Part shown: positions 1 through 13,204 of the stretch, one piece after another
Numbering within the stretch: the first letter of the stretch is position 1
How the letters are laid out: each line of letters starts with the position of its first letter
Source of the DNA: Octopus vulgaris
Taxonomy: Eukaryota
Reading direction: 5' to 3'
NCBI GenBank assembly: GCA_951406725.2
Contig: OX597818.1
Location: 58,714,001-58,778,000 of the forward strand
Length of the DNA stretch: 64,000 nt
Program-made: the position numbers and the translations under genes
The notes under the pieces: model-generated
What the model was told of the DNA's origin: nothing
Databases searched by the model: none
What the model saw: only the letters and a program-made list of their open reading frames with translations

Positions 1-204
1 CAGGTACGACAGAAACAGGAAGTAAGAGTGAGAGAAAGTTGTGGTGAAAGAGTACAGCAGGGATCACCACCATCACCTGCCGGAGCCTCGTGGAGCTTTA
101 AGTGTTTTCGCTCAATAAACACTCACAACGTCCGGTCTGGGAATCGAAACCGCGATCCAACGACCGCGAGTCCGCTGCCCTAACCACTGGGCCATTGCAC
201 CTCC
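1..204 (-). mobile_element. tRNA-derived SINE (family C), 5' head and body; runs off the window edge
   Basis: Minus strand begins ggaggtgcaatggcccagtggttagggcagcggactcgcggtcg...ggtttcgattccc (Pol III A/B boxes); related copies at 9120-9405 and 45399-45696. Confidence 0.85.
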
Positions 205-444
205 CCGCTGCACCTATACCCACTAGGCCAATGTTTACAAATAGATGTAGCGTTAACTAATTTGAAAATATATATTCGGTTTACAACGTTCAGAAAAGTA
301 ATTACATCTGATACGGCTCCACAGGTATTGGTTTGGTCGCGTTTATTGGAAACTAAATATTCTGATCCACAATATCGGCCGAAACCTGATACAACGGATC
401 AGGTCGTATTTGGTTTGACGACATTTTACTACCAAATGGTATTC

Positions 445-933
445 TCTTTTACTCTCTTTTACTTGTTTCAGTCATTTGACTGTGACCATGCTGGAGCACC
501 GCCTTTAGTCGAGCAAATCGACCCCAGGACTTATTCTTTAGAGGCCTAATACTTATTTTATCGGTCTCTTTTGCCTAACCACTAAGTTACGGGGACGTAA
601 ACACCCCAGCATTGGTTGTCAAGCACTGTTTTGGGACAAACACAGATACACAAACATACACACAGACACACACACACACACACATATATATATATGTATA
701 TATATACATATTTATATATATATACATACATATATATGTATGTATATATGTATGTATATATATATATATATATATATATACATACATATATATACGACGG
801 ACTTCTTTCAGTTTCTGTTTACCAATCCACTCACAAGGCTTTGGTCGGCCCGAGGCTATAGTAGAAGGTGCCACGCAGTGGGACTGAACCCGGAACCATG
901 TGGTCGGTAAGCAAGCTACTTACCACACAGCCA
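445..933 (-). mobile_element. tRNA-derived SINE (family A, CORE-like) with internal (TA)n/(TG)n microsatellite
   Basis: A/B-box head gtggctgtgtggtaag...gggttcagtccc, central microsatellite, 3' tail aaaggcggtgctccagcatgg...gactgaaacaagtaaaag; more than 10 related copies in the window. Confidence 0.9.
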
Positions 934-2119
934 CGAAACATTTAAATGAAGTTACTAGTCTCTTTCTCATTCTTTAAGATCTAATATATATATATCTTCC
1001 CCTCTGTATTTTTTTAGTTTCAACCCACAGTCTCAGATCTATTCATATACCCCCCACGTACATATCTGGCAGTCTGAAATATATTCGTGTATTTGAAAGG
1101 CATCATATGTAACAGTTTAAAATGTCATTACAATATGAAATATAGAGTATGAAATTTAGATAACTCTAAAAATACATATTTTGTCATGTAAACATCTACG
1201 TTTAATACCAACATCGTGGCCGTATGATGATTCCTCCAGATAGTAGAGCTCACTTAAAGCATGCCCATACAGGGTAGTTCCTCTGGGGCACCCACGGGTC
1301 TTGATGCAAATACGAATCTATTTCCCTTCACGTTGTGTAAGTAGGGGTCTTCCTTGCAGGGCACTTAGATCTGGCGCCTAGAATTCCGTTTAAACAGCAG
1401 TCTGACATAGCTACATTGATTTAAATGATAGAGGAATATAAACTGAAAATGGCCTGGTCTCGGTCATCTTGAACGCGATATGCCTGGAAGAAAACAAATG
1501 AACTTGATTCAGTTTAATAAGAGCCGAAGGAAATGCATCACATGCGCACAACTTCTGAGAAACTGATGTTCAGCCATTTTGGGAAAACACTCCTGTACCA
1601 TGATGTTTCCCTGTCTGTAGGAATTGTTTCGCGCAAGGATTTCCTTATTTGTAATTCTATCTCAACCGGTGTCTTGGGGGATCTTTTGTAATGCTTTCTA
1701 TGTGATTTTACCACCTTCAATAAAATTTTGTATGTTTCAGCCATCTTACTATATAGCGGACACTTCATGCTAATTCTAATGAATATTATTGTTCCTATTT
1801 GATCCATACTCTGGTAAATAATCTCTCGTTGGACAATTCTAAAACTGAAAACATGTTCTATGCTGCCACGCCCGCTGATGACGCTGCGCATGTTCCAGAT
1901 CATTCTGTCGTAACAAGATGGAATATTTGCGTTGTGATATTAATTCATATGCATAATTACTGCAATCTCTGCAGTAAACTCTGAAATTGTTTCTTTCGTG
2001 ATCTCTGATATTTGCAGTGCGTTGTTGTAGGCAAACACTTGTTTCAATGGGCGGAGCGATTTCATCAGAGAACACCAAGCTAGAAATACATTTTTTTCTC
2101 TCACTTCTAAGCCGCTGAT

Positions 2120-2293
2120 TCACACACACAAACACACACAAACACACATACACACATACATACACACACACATATGCACGCACTCACAGACATACACAAC
2201 GTAAATATTATAATATACATCCACGTACGTCCCACACGCATATATATATATAGATATACATGCATATATAAATGTAAGTATATATATATATAT

Positions 2294-2368
<75 letters not shown>

Positions 2369-2473
2369 CATACATATATATATGTATGTATATATATATA
2401 TATACATACATATATATATATATACATACATATACATACATATGTACATATAAATATATATATATATACATAC

Positions 2474-2525
<52 letters not shown>

Positions 2526-2540
2526 GTATATACGCACACA

Positions 2541-2597
<57 letters not shown>
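2120..2597. repeat. Compound (CA)n/(TA)n/(TACA)n microsatellite
   Basis: Direct inspection; source of the spurious YIYI ORFs. Confidence 0.95.
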
Positions 2598-4968
2598 AAA
2601 CCTACATAGGAAATACAAGTTATACCACACCTTACGCATCTGCCCAAACCTGTTACCGAAAACTCTCTACTTCTCTCTGTTTTGTTTTGTTGATACGTTT
2701 GATAATGCAAGTGTTGTAATAAATACGTCAATCCATGAATATTTTTCGTATCGATTTCGCCATTATATAAACGATCTCTTCTTTCGTTTTCCTCTTACAT
2801 GGAAAGTAAACTGACCACATATTAAAAAAAAAAACGATTTCAAGGTGAAAAGAAAACGTTCAAACATTAACATTCTGTTTGCAAAGAAGTGTTTTCCTTA
2901 ATATTTGCGCAGTGTTTTCTTATTGTTTTTATACTTTATGGACTTAAATTGTTTAAAATTTAATTCTTGTTAAAACATGAGAAGCCAAAATTTTAACACA
3001 ATGTGTAACCTTCAACATACATCCATGTTAATATTTGATAACGTGCAGTTGTATCTAATTAAACACTTATACATAATGCTCTTTAAAAACTTTCCAGGTA
3101 CTGCTAGTTGCATGTTATTCTCCATTTAAAGATCTTGAAGCACACTATTTAACTGGCAGAAAGAAAATTACAGAGTTTTGAATTTTTAAACTTTAGTTTT
3201 CTTTTCTATTTCAGAAGCTTACTTCTCAAACACATGGTTCCGGGTTCAGTTTCACTGCTCAGCGTCTATGAGAGGTACCTTCTATTATAGCTGCAGGACA
3301 CCCAGAAGAAATCAAGGAAAGTTATCCCGGTTTGTTGCAATCCAATAGCTGAAAGAAATAAAAGATTAAATGGTTAGAAATAAAACGTTGAAAAATATAC
3401 TTGCAACCAGTGTTACATAAATGAAATAATCTGATATTCCAAAGCTGCAAGTAATTGAAAAAGTAAGCCAAAATATGCTTCGGACGACGAACACCGAGAC
3501 AAACTTGAAGATAAAAAGCTTTCAGCGGAAGTACACGAGGTTCTGCAATTTATTTTAAAGAGGATTGTGAAATTGTGAGTCAAAGTATTTCGATTTATAA
3601 AACTCAGTTTTCTCAACGTTTCCTGATCTCAAGTGAAACGAATATGATAAAACTTGCACGAGTGGAAAGTTGTGCGTATATTTGTGTGTGTATTCTGGTA
3701 GAATATGAATCAATTATTTGTTGGAACATATATATCTGCCGCTGCAGTAAAAGGGAAAATATTTATTTGACAGATTACCATTAGCGTTTTGCTGCAATAA
3801 GCTGCGTACCACTATCAACAGAATACAACTTAAGTCAATGTTCAATAGCAGCCATCTTAAAGCAAACTTTGAACAGCTTTTAGTTGACATTTTAATAACA
3901 ACTTGATTGATGAAGTCCAGTGTAAGCAATTGATATCAACAAATAAAATCGCTTAGGAAACATTGACAAATACATCGAAAGACTATGGAAGAACGTCGTT
4001 GAAATGTCTTTGCTCTCAAACGGCGTGTTTTATTAGTAAAACGCCGTTTGCTTTAAGCTCTCAAAGCAAAAGAATCTATGATGAAAGAAGTTTTATTAGT
4101 GAGAGATTTGACAGAATCTTTTTTTACTGGATAGAGAATGAGGACACCTTTGGTAAAATTATCGATCCACATTACGTTCTTCTCTCAGCTTTTGCAGTAA
4201 TTCAAAGGATATGAAACGCATTGCTGGAATAATGATCTTAGATTTCTAAAATTATAAATCTGATACTCCATCGGCATCAAAAATATATGAAAGACCATCT
4301 GATTCTTCGAGCTGAATTAAGTAATGCTCATATTTTCTTCTCCTTAGATAGAATTTACGTTCAATATTACAAATGTATATGTAAAACTGTACAGAGATTA
4401 CCTGTTAAGACCAGCCTTCAACAAAGCTAAAGTGACCCGGTCATGATGATAAGGTAGCTTTGACGTTATTGGGGAGGTGATAAATTTTTGTAGTCAATGA
4501 AAGAATCAAAGGATAACAGAAGAATATAGCCGAGATAAATGGTTCAAAACGAATGATGTGCTGTTGACCTTACACAGCAACTGAATAACATGTGTGCATG
4601 ATAAAGTGCAACTAAGCATATATTCGAGAAATCAGTCAGAAATTCCAAAGAAACTCTTTGAGGAAGCGAGAAAAGATAATATGTTTGAAATTATGAAAGT
4701 TAATGTCAGCACTGTAAACGATATTTCTGTAAAACATACCATGGTAGTCTTTGAAACATTCCGATATACGTGGCATATATATTTGAAATTTACCCAGAAT
4801 GTTCAGAATGAAACTGATTTTCTGAGCGCTAAAATCCCAGTCCTTTCGGATAAATAACATTTTCAAACGGTTATATATATGCATCTAGACATTTCAGTAA
4901 TTAACTATGTATGTGTGTATGTATGCTTGCATGTATGTATGTATATATGCATGCATGTTTGTATGTAA

Positions 4969-5241
<273 letters not shown>

Positions 5242-5257
5242 TATATATACATATATA

Positions 5258-5458
5258 GTTAATCCAAACAAGAAAACACAAAAAAAAACACAACAACGCG
5301 AGGACGTGGAACAAATATAGTATTATTGGACGCTCAGAAAAGAAGGAAAGAAGGAGGGTATAACGTTTCGAGCGGAGCTCTTCGTCGGAAACATAGGAGA
5401 AGGAGAGATCCAGAGAAGGGAAGACAGAGGAAAAAAATCGCCAACGGTACACACGAGG

Positions 5459-5462
<4 letters not shown>
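5258..5462 (-). mobile_element. Inverted copy of the same Penelope-like element with variant hammerhead-like motif (~5358-5395)
   Basis: Minus strand: gttt CCGACGA aGAGCtccGCTC GAAAC GTT ata. Confidence 0.65.
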
Positions 5463-5533
<71 letters not shown>

Positions 5534-5720
5534 CTTACATACACACATGCATACATATATACATACATACATACATGCATGCAGACTTACACACATACAT
5601 AGTTACTTACAGAAATATCTAGATGCATATATTTACCGTTTGAAAATGTTATTTATCCGAAAGGACTGTGATTATGGTGCTCAGAAAATCAGTTTCATTC
5701 TGAATACTCTGGGTAAATTT

Positions 5721-6226
5721 TTTTGCCGAACTGCTAAGTTACGGAGACGTAATCACAACAGCTTCGGCTGTCAAAGCGATGTTGGTGGGACAAAAACAGA
5801 CACACATACATATATAAATATATATACAAATATACGACAGGCTTCTTTCAGTTTCCGTCTGCCAAATCCACTCACAAGGATTTGGTCGGCCCCAGGCTAT
5901 AGTAGAAGACACTTGCCCAAGGTGCCACGCAGTTGGACTGAACCCGGAAGTGCGTCGTTTGTAAGCAAGCTACTTACCACAAAACCACTACTACGCCTAT
6001 ATATATATATCTCTTTACTCTTTACTCTTTTACTTGTTTCAGTCATTTGACTGCGGCCATGCTGGAGCACCGCCTTTAGTCGAACAAATCGAACCCGGGA
6101 CTTATTCTTTGTAAGCCCAGTACTTATACTATCGGTCTCTTTTTGCCGAACCGCTAAGTGACGGGGACGTAAACACACCAGCATCGGTTGTCAAGCAATG
6201 CTAGGGGGACAAACACAGACACACAA

Positions 6227-6307
<81 letters not shown>

Positions 6308-6468
6308 CGACAGGCTTCTTTCCGTTTCCGTCTACCAAATCCACTCACAAGGCATTGGTCTGCCCGGGGCTATAGCAGAAGACACTTGCCGAAGGTGCCA
6401 CGCAGTGGGACTGAACCCGGAACCATGAGGTTGGTTAGCAAGCTACTTACCACACAGCCACTCCTGCG

Positions 6469-6563
<95 letters not shown>

Positions 6564-6726
6564 GACAGGCTTCTTTCAGTTTCCGTCTACCAAATCCACT
6601 CACAAGGCATTGGTCGGCCCGGGGCTATAGCAGAAGACACTTGCCCAAGGTGCCACGCAGTGGGACTGAACCCGGAACCATGAGGTTGGTTAGCAAGCTA
6701 CTTACCACACAGCCACTCCTGCGCCT
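5721..6726 (-). mobile_element. Tandem cluster of family A SINEs (5721-5998 truncated, 6011-6470 full length, 6562-6726 5' half)
   Basis: Repeated blocks acgacaggcttctttc...ccactcctgcgcc separated by (TA)n. Confidence 0.9.
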
Positions 6727-7189
6727 ACACACACGCGCACACATATACACACATTGCTTAAACATATACATTACTCTTACACACATTCAATCTACTCGCC
6801 ACTAATACTACCACGACACTGGACACACACACACACTACTACTCAACACACGCTGGCACGCTACATACGCCCCCACCCCTTCCCCTCCCTCCCTTCCTCC
6901 TTCCTCCCTTTTCTCACTACTGACCTTTGTCTGCTATGCTGCTGCTATGCTGACCACCGTCTCGCCCTACCTCACACGCCTACACACAGACGCACACACT
7001 AACACATACATATATTTTTTGTTTTTTTACCTCGCCTCACACACACACATACACACACGCACACGCACACACTCACACATACACACACATCTGTTGCGTT
7101 ACCAACCTTGTCTCCACTCTTTTGCCTTTAAAACCCACTTTGCTCTTGTTATCGTAAACATCCGCCTTTCACCATGTGCTACTCCTAAC

Positions 7190-7377
7190 ACCAGTCGTTT
7201 TTTCTCTATCTCCGTTGCCCGCTCCGGGATCTTTCTTTCCTCTCTTCCTTCTTTATGTTTCCGACGAAGAGCTCCGCTCGAAACGTCATACCTCCCTGCT
7301 TCCATTTCCTGAGCGCCTATTAATAATAATACTGTAATTGTTCCATTGTTGTTGTTTTTTTGTTTCCCGTTTGGATT

Positions 7378-7380
<3 letters not shown>
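7190..7380 (+). mobile_element. Third copy of the Penelope-like short element, hammerhead-like motif at ~7255-7292
   Basis: atgttt CCGACGA aGAGCtccGCTC GAAAC GTC ata; ends ttggattaa before (TA)n like the 5072 copy. Confidence 0.6.
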
Positions 7381-7444
<64 letters not shown>

Positions 7445-7951
7445 TATATACATATATATATATACATATATATCGGTAGATAGACAGATAGATAAATAGA
7501 TAGAGATATATATATAGAGAGAGATAGAGGTTATAAACTTTTGCAATTAGTTCTCAAAGTATACAGGCTACAAATGATAGTATGTATAAATTGAGCTGAA
7601 AAGCTCTTTTGGATAGGAAAATTTGAATACCATCCGCGGGGCTTGAGAACTTATTTCCAGTTGACATGACTAATATTCTACCGTTTCGTTCAATAAAATA
7701 ATCCAGAATTTCTCTTTTCATTGTAGATATTTATACTCACCAGCAAGAAATGCGCTTTCTTTGCGTCATAAGAATTATGAATTTATTGTACCAGCATAGT
7801 TAGATGCCTCTAAAATTTAATAACCAACAGGAAACTTTCGTCCAGCATACAAAGAGGAAAAAAATTATTGAAGTGAAATATATAGAGGCTTAAATATCGG
7901 GCATGATGTTATGCGCAAATAGGCTTCAAACGTATATTAAATATATAAAGT

Positions 7952-8330
7952 AACTAGCAGTATCACCCGGCGTTGCTCGGGTTTGTAAGGGAAATAACTC
8001 TAAAGCATTTTTAGAAAGTTATAGCAAAAAAATAGCAAAAAAATGGAAAAAAAATGATGGTAAATTTTTTTTGAGAGTTAAAAAGGTCGAGTTGCGTCCC
8101 CTTGTGGTTTGTGTTTCTGATTCTGGATCCCATGTCGAATTTATCGATTTTTTTCAGAACTGGGTGAACTTTTCAAAATTTTCGCTGCGTTAGTTTTGAA
8201 TTATGACATTGGGCTATGTGTGTGTCAAGTTTCATCAGAATCGGTTGAAAGCCGTGGTCAGGGTGAGGGTACAACCTAACAGACACACAGAAACACACAC
8301 AGACAAACTGCCGTTTATATATAGAGAGAT
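7952..8330 (+). mobile_element. Non-autonomous Helentron/Helitron-like element (HINE type)
   Basis: Starts aactagcag...cccggcgttgctcggg hairpin, contains aagtttcatcagaatcgg and acagac repeats, ends tttatatatagagagat; related start at 61079. Confidence 0.6.
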
Positions 8331-8425
8331 TTATAGAACCAAGGAAAATGTGACTAGTAATATATATATAGAAAATTGCCTGGAACTTACAAAACACTGG
8401 TGATGGAGACTTGATATTTAATCTG

Positions 8426-8655
8426 TCGGCGAGCTAGCAGAATCGTTAGCACGTCGGGCGAAATGTTTAACGGTATTTCGTCTGCCGTTACGTTGTGAGT
8501 TCAAATTCCGCCGAGGTCGACTTTACCTTTCATCCTTTCGGGGTCGATAAATTAAGTACCAGTTAAGCACTGGGGTCGATATAATCGACTTAATACCTAT
8601 GTCTGTCTATGTTTGTCCCCTCTATGTTCAGCCCCTTCTGGGTAATAAAGAAATA
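8426..8655 (+). mobile_element. tRNA-derived SINE (family B) with target-site duplication
   Basis: ggcgagctagcagaatcgttagc...gagttcaaattcc...cctttcatcctttcggggtcgataaattaagtacc; direct repeat GATATTTAATCTGTCG at 8413-8428 and 8656-8671. Confidence 0.9.
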
Positions 8656-9119
8656 GATATTTAATCTGTCGTTGATTCCTGCTTATCATATATGCATTTG
8701 AGTCCTAAGTGTCGGTTACAAAATTTGATTCTATGCCATCCATGTTATTCGATAACCTTTTCAGACGTTCGACGCTTCCCAAATTTGAATTATTGAATCC
8801 TGCTTTGAATAATTTTTATTTTATTTTCTTGTATTTTTCGATGATTTTCATTTAATTTACTGCCTTGCAATAATCTGTATCTGTCCAGCCACGTAGCTTT
8901 TTCTCTCTCACTATCATATGCATGCACGGTATTGTTAGCAAGTAGATGTCACTCTACCAAAGTGTGCGATTGTGTATTCATACAGCTATAGTACTGTATG
9001 TGCATATACATATGATTCCAAGTGAATACAACAGGACATGAGATTTACACACACATACGCACGCATGCACACACACATGTATGCATGTGTATATGCATAT
9101 ATTAATATGTATATCACAT

Positions 9120-9405
9120 CACATGACCGACAAGGTTATCAGATGTTGCTACACATCGCTGGTCACAATGCGCTTCGTATTGTTTTAGCCTTCAAGGACG
9201 CCACCCCGTTGGCTAAGCGAGCGGGCGAACAGAAGAAAGAGTGAGAGAAAGTTGTGGTGAAAGAATACAGCCGGGATCACCACTACACCCTACCGTAGAT
9301 TCGTGGAGCTTTTAGTTGTTTTCGCTCAATAAACACTCACAACGCTCGGTCTGGGAATCGAAACTGCGATCCTACGACCGCGAGTCTGCTGCCCTAACCA
9401 CTGGG
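9120..9405 (-). mobile_element. Family C SINE variant, slightly 5'-truncated
   Basis: High similarity to 1-204 over 9235-9405. Confidence 0.8.
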
Positions 9406-9421
9406 AATATATATACATATA

Positions 9422-9835
9422 TAATAGAAATAATACATTTCTATCTCAGAGAGATTTATGCAGTAGCGGTATGATAACGTAGTCTTTGCTCGACATCAGT
9501 CTGCATAAATCACTCTGAGATATTTAGAAATTTATTATTTCTATTTCTGTGATCAGTGAATGTATTTCACTGGAATTCTTATGTTTGTAAATGCTAGATG
9601 AGCACCTCCAAATAGCAGGCCAAGTTACTCCAGACTGATGACGAGTAAAGACTCGGAAACTAGTCTCTGGATGCAGGCTTAGCTGGGTGGGGGTGCTTAT
9701 CTCCCCCTTGTAAACATGATGACAGAGGAAATGCGTGCAGGCCGACAGGAAGGGTTTGTGCTTCCTAGGGCTAAATAGCAGTAGTATGATTCCCTTCATA
9801 GAACTGTCACATTAAGTTGACAGTATACAAAAGCT
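9422..9835 (+). mobile_element. Highly structured ~410 nt non-coding element carrying a hammerhead ribozyme (retrozyme/Penelope-pLTR-like)
   Basis: Flanked by short (TA)n; 9424-9545 hairpin, extended stem 9581-9717 closing the ribozyme, further small hairpins. Confidence 0.6.
9629..9671 (+). ncRNA. Type I hammerhead ribozyme, canonical core
   Basis: stem I TCCAGA/TCTGGA, core CTGATGA (9635-9641), stem II CGAGT-aaag-ACTCG, GAAA, palindromic stem III ACTAGT, GTC triplet with predicted cleavage after 9665. Confidence 0.9.
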
Positions 9836-10299
9836 ATATATATATAATCGTTTACTACTTCTAGGTAAAGGCGTGGGCCATGCTGGAGCGCCGCCTTTCC
9901 GGCATAGACATATGCATATTTATATAGAAGAGAAAGGTCCAATACAGAAGGTATATGTAGCTACATCAATGGAAATGGCGCTGTTCCAGGAGTATTGTAT
10001 ATCATACCATGCATGATATGGTAATCGTTGTTTTTTCGTTATATCAATCTTCCAATTCGCTGCTTTGTTGATGCATAGTCTTGACCACACAAAAATGCTC
10101 AGCTAAATGCTGTGTCATACACTCGTACTCTTCAGGGTTTAGGCTAATTGTCTTGGCTTTTCTTTGTGTCTACCTGGATGAAAGAAGGACCGTGACAGGC
10201 TTTTATCATTTCAACATTATTTCCCAGTGTACAATATATTTTCTTCTTTCGGTTCGAGTGAGAAAGATTATAAGCCATGGAAGATGCCATGTATACACA

Positions 10300-10560
10300 C
10301 ATATATATATATATGTGTGTGTCTGTGTGTGTGTGTGTGTGTTTGTTTGTGTGTGTGTGTTTGTCCCCCCACCAACATCGCTTAACAACCGATGCTGGTG
10401 TGTTTACGTCCCCGTAACTTAGCGGTTCAGCTAAAGAAACCGATAGAATAAGTATTAGGCTTACAAAGAATAAGTCCTGGGGTCGATTTGATCGACTAAA
10501 GGCGGTGCTCCAGCATGGCCACAGTCACATGACTGAAACAAGTAAAAGAGTAAAAGAATA
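10300..10560 (+). mobile_element. Family A SINE, 3' half
   Basis: (TG)n then tttgtccccccc...ggcggtgctccagcatggccacagtcacatgactgaaacaagtaaaagag. Confidence 0.9.
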
Positions 10561-10974
10561 GATTTCATTTTAAGTAGAAGGAGGCAGTGAATATTTTGCT
10601 TAATTCTTTATTAGAGTTTTCGTCCGTTCAATCGAACTCTTTAGATATAATACATTATATCTCAAAGGATCGAATCAACGATTTCGGATATTGATGTAGG
10701 CAATATTAATCCTTATCAGCATGCTAAACGGATGCTAAACGTCATCCCATGTGTTCAGAATGCTATTTAGCTTTCAGATCTATGTGGCTTCTCCGACCCT
10801 GAAATAAAATTACTTCTCTTACAGGATTTAGCTAGATTTTAATTCTTGTTTCGGGGTAACTATATCACAATGAAATAATCTCAAGAAGCAAACCCCTGTC
10901 ACTTGGCCGAGAAAACCTATTATTTTAATTCCCGTGTTCGTATCCCTATTTTCTTTTAAACAATAATGCATATA

Positions 10975-11206
10975 CAGTAATTCCTCGACTATCGCGGGTG
11001 TTACGTTCCAAAATGCCCCAGCGATAAGTGAAAATCCGCGAAGTTGAAACAGTACTGTACTGCATACTTCATAATTTGCATATTTCATTATAGATGCAAA
11101 AAGAACACCACAGCGGAATCGGCGTAAGGTGATATGTGAGCGCCGATAGCTGGACCGCGATAAGTTAACCGCGATAGGGGAACCACTTTATGGTGAGGAA
11201 TTACTG
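10975..11206. mobile_element. Tigger/pogo-like MITE
   Basis: TIR CAGTAATTCCTC / GAGGAATTACTG, TA on both flanks; related end fragment at ~53100-53172. Confidence 0.8.
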
Positions 11207-11665
11207 TACACATGAATACGTCACTGCAGCGTAAGTGGGTGTGACATTATAAGATATTCTAAAAATAATTTAGACATATTCGAGTGAAAATACATAAAAC
11301 GACTTTTTTTTACACTGTATGATATTTCCGATATGGTGTTAGGCATTTTTGTAATATCTGAAAACAAGAATGAGTTGATTCTGAATAAATGTTTGAATAT
11401 TTTTTTTTAATTTCAACACTCTGTTTCAATATCATATTACGCACACATTCAACATTAAACATTATATATATTGTTGTTTTTTTCTTTTTTAACTGCTTTG
11501 CAAATTTCTCTATGTAAATTCCAGTGTTGAAACAAATTTTGTTGTCACAGTGTCCCTTAGCGTGTGTGCATAGTATTGGTATTAATGACTCTCCTTAGAG
11601 AAAACAACATATATACATATATATATATAAATTAGAGATAAAGCTACTTTTATGCAACTCATACA

Positions 11666-11722
<57 letters not shown>

Positions 11723-11726
<4 letters not shown>

Positions 11727-11921
11727 GAATGGAGTTGAACGACAAATTAACAAAATTCCTTTATTTTCGACATATGTTTCGAAGGCTGCATATTCCTAAT
11801 TGCGAAGGAATGAGGAGTACATTATGCTCCTCATTCCTTCGCAATTACGAATATGCAGCCTTCGAAACATATGTCGAAAATAAAGGAATTTTGTTAATTC
11901 GTCGTTCAACTCCATTCTTTC
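11723..11921. repeat. Near-perfect 199 bp palindrome adjoining (TA)n
   Basis: Arms ~97 bp with about 3 mismatches, loop near 11820-11824; each strand carries GAAAC-ATAT-GTC followed by AATAAA. Confidence 0.95.
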
Positions 11922-12080
11922 ATATATTTATATTTTAAAAATAAACATACAACTTTCCACACGAAAGCACGAAATCTATGCCCTAGGCACGTAACTTCAA
12001 CCGTGTTTTTTCTGATGTGAATTTGCTACCCAGGTATCGGTTAATTCGAATTATCCATAATAAGATAATTCATTCAACTA

Positions 12081-12144
<64 letters not shown>

Positions 12145-12225
12145 ATTGTTAAACAGGACGTCAAACATTAAGGCAAGGCAAATATCTTAAGTGATATACA
12201 ATAATAATTCAGGAAGACATTCAAA

Positions 12226-12280
12226 ATCTTACAGCTGTTTCTGGGATATTCTCGAGTATGGGATATACCGCATCAGAGAC
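12226..12280 (-). ncRNA. Degenerate type I hammerhead motif in a Penelope-like fragment (~12140-12470)
   Basis: Minus strand gtct CTGATGC ...28 nt... GAAAC agct GTA agat; A9 substituted, stem II weak. Confidence 0.55.
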
Positions 12281-13204
12281 AAATTGGGGTAAAAAAAATG
12301 GAAAAAAGAGCATGGCATATATCAATAAGATGACAACATTGAAATTAAATGTAACATATGCTCAAATTGAGCACCCTCTACCATAAAACATGCAGAAAAA
12401 ATATAATAACATAATATTCTTTAATTATTTTTAATGACAACCAGAATGGTGCGCGACTTCTGGGACAGCCTATACATATATATATATATATGGGAAAGTC
12501 GTGTATCGCCTTTGCTCTGTTTTAAAAAGGCAGAAAGTGTGCATAAATCGGTGACATAATCTACTGAAAGTCACCAATTCAACTCATAAAGTCCACTACA
12601 ACACTTCGGTTACAAATATATTAATCAAAAACGTAATATATTTTGCCTGAAGCCAAATACAGTAATAATTTTTCTTTTCGCCGAAAACGCACATGGTGGA
12701 AAAACTCACTGAAGTAACTTATCTCCTACAAGAAGGAAAAAGAAACATCTCCTGGTAAATAATCCCGTAAACCACAAAAAATCCAGACCACATCGTTGGA
12801 TTAAGTATCACTTTCATCTTCTATTTCATATTTTGTTTATTATCCTATTTTATCCCCCTTAACTTAAGCCCACATCTCCGTTAAAGTTACGATCGCCATT
12901 TTTGTTTTGTTTACATCTCAATATCTGTTCTCGGAGGCAGAAATTGGCTTCAGAATTAAATAACCCTTTCTTCACACCTTAATATATACATTTTAATATA
13001 TTTTCACTCATTTTCTTTTTTTTTCCACCTTCCTTCTCTCCCCGTCTGTGTATATGTGTGTGTGTGTGTGTGTGCACGTGTATGTATATATGTGTGCGTG
13101 TATGTATATATGTATGCGTATATATGCATGGACGTGAACTTTCACGAACTTTAGATAGATAAATAATCTTTCCTCTCTTTCTTACCCTCTCATCTCTCCT
13201 CTTT

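Noticed and set aside
1538-1903. 121 aa minus-strand ORF in non-repetitive-looking DNA
   Set aside because: No recognisable domain or splice support; length is compatible with chance
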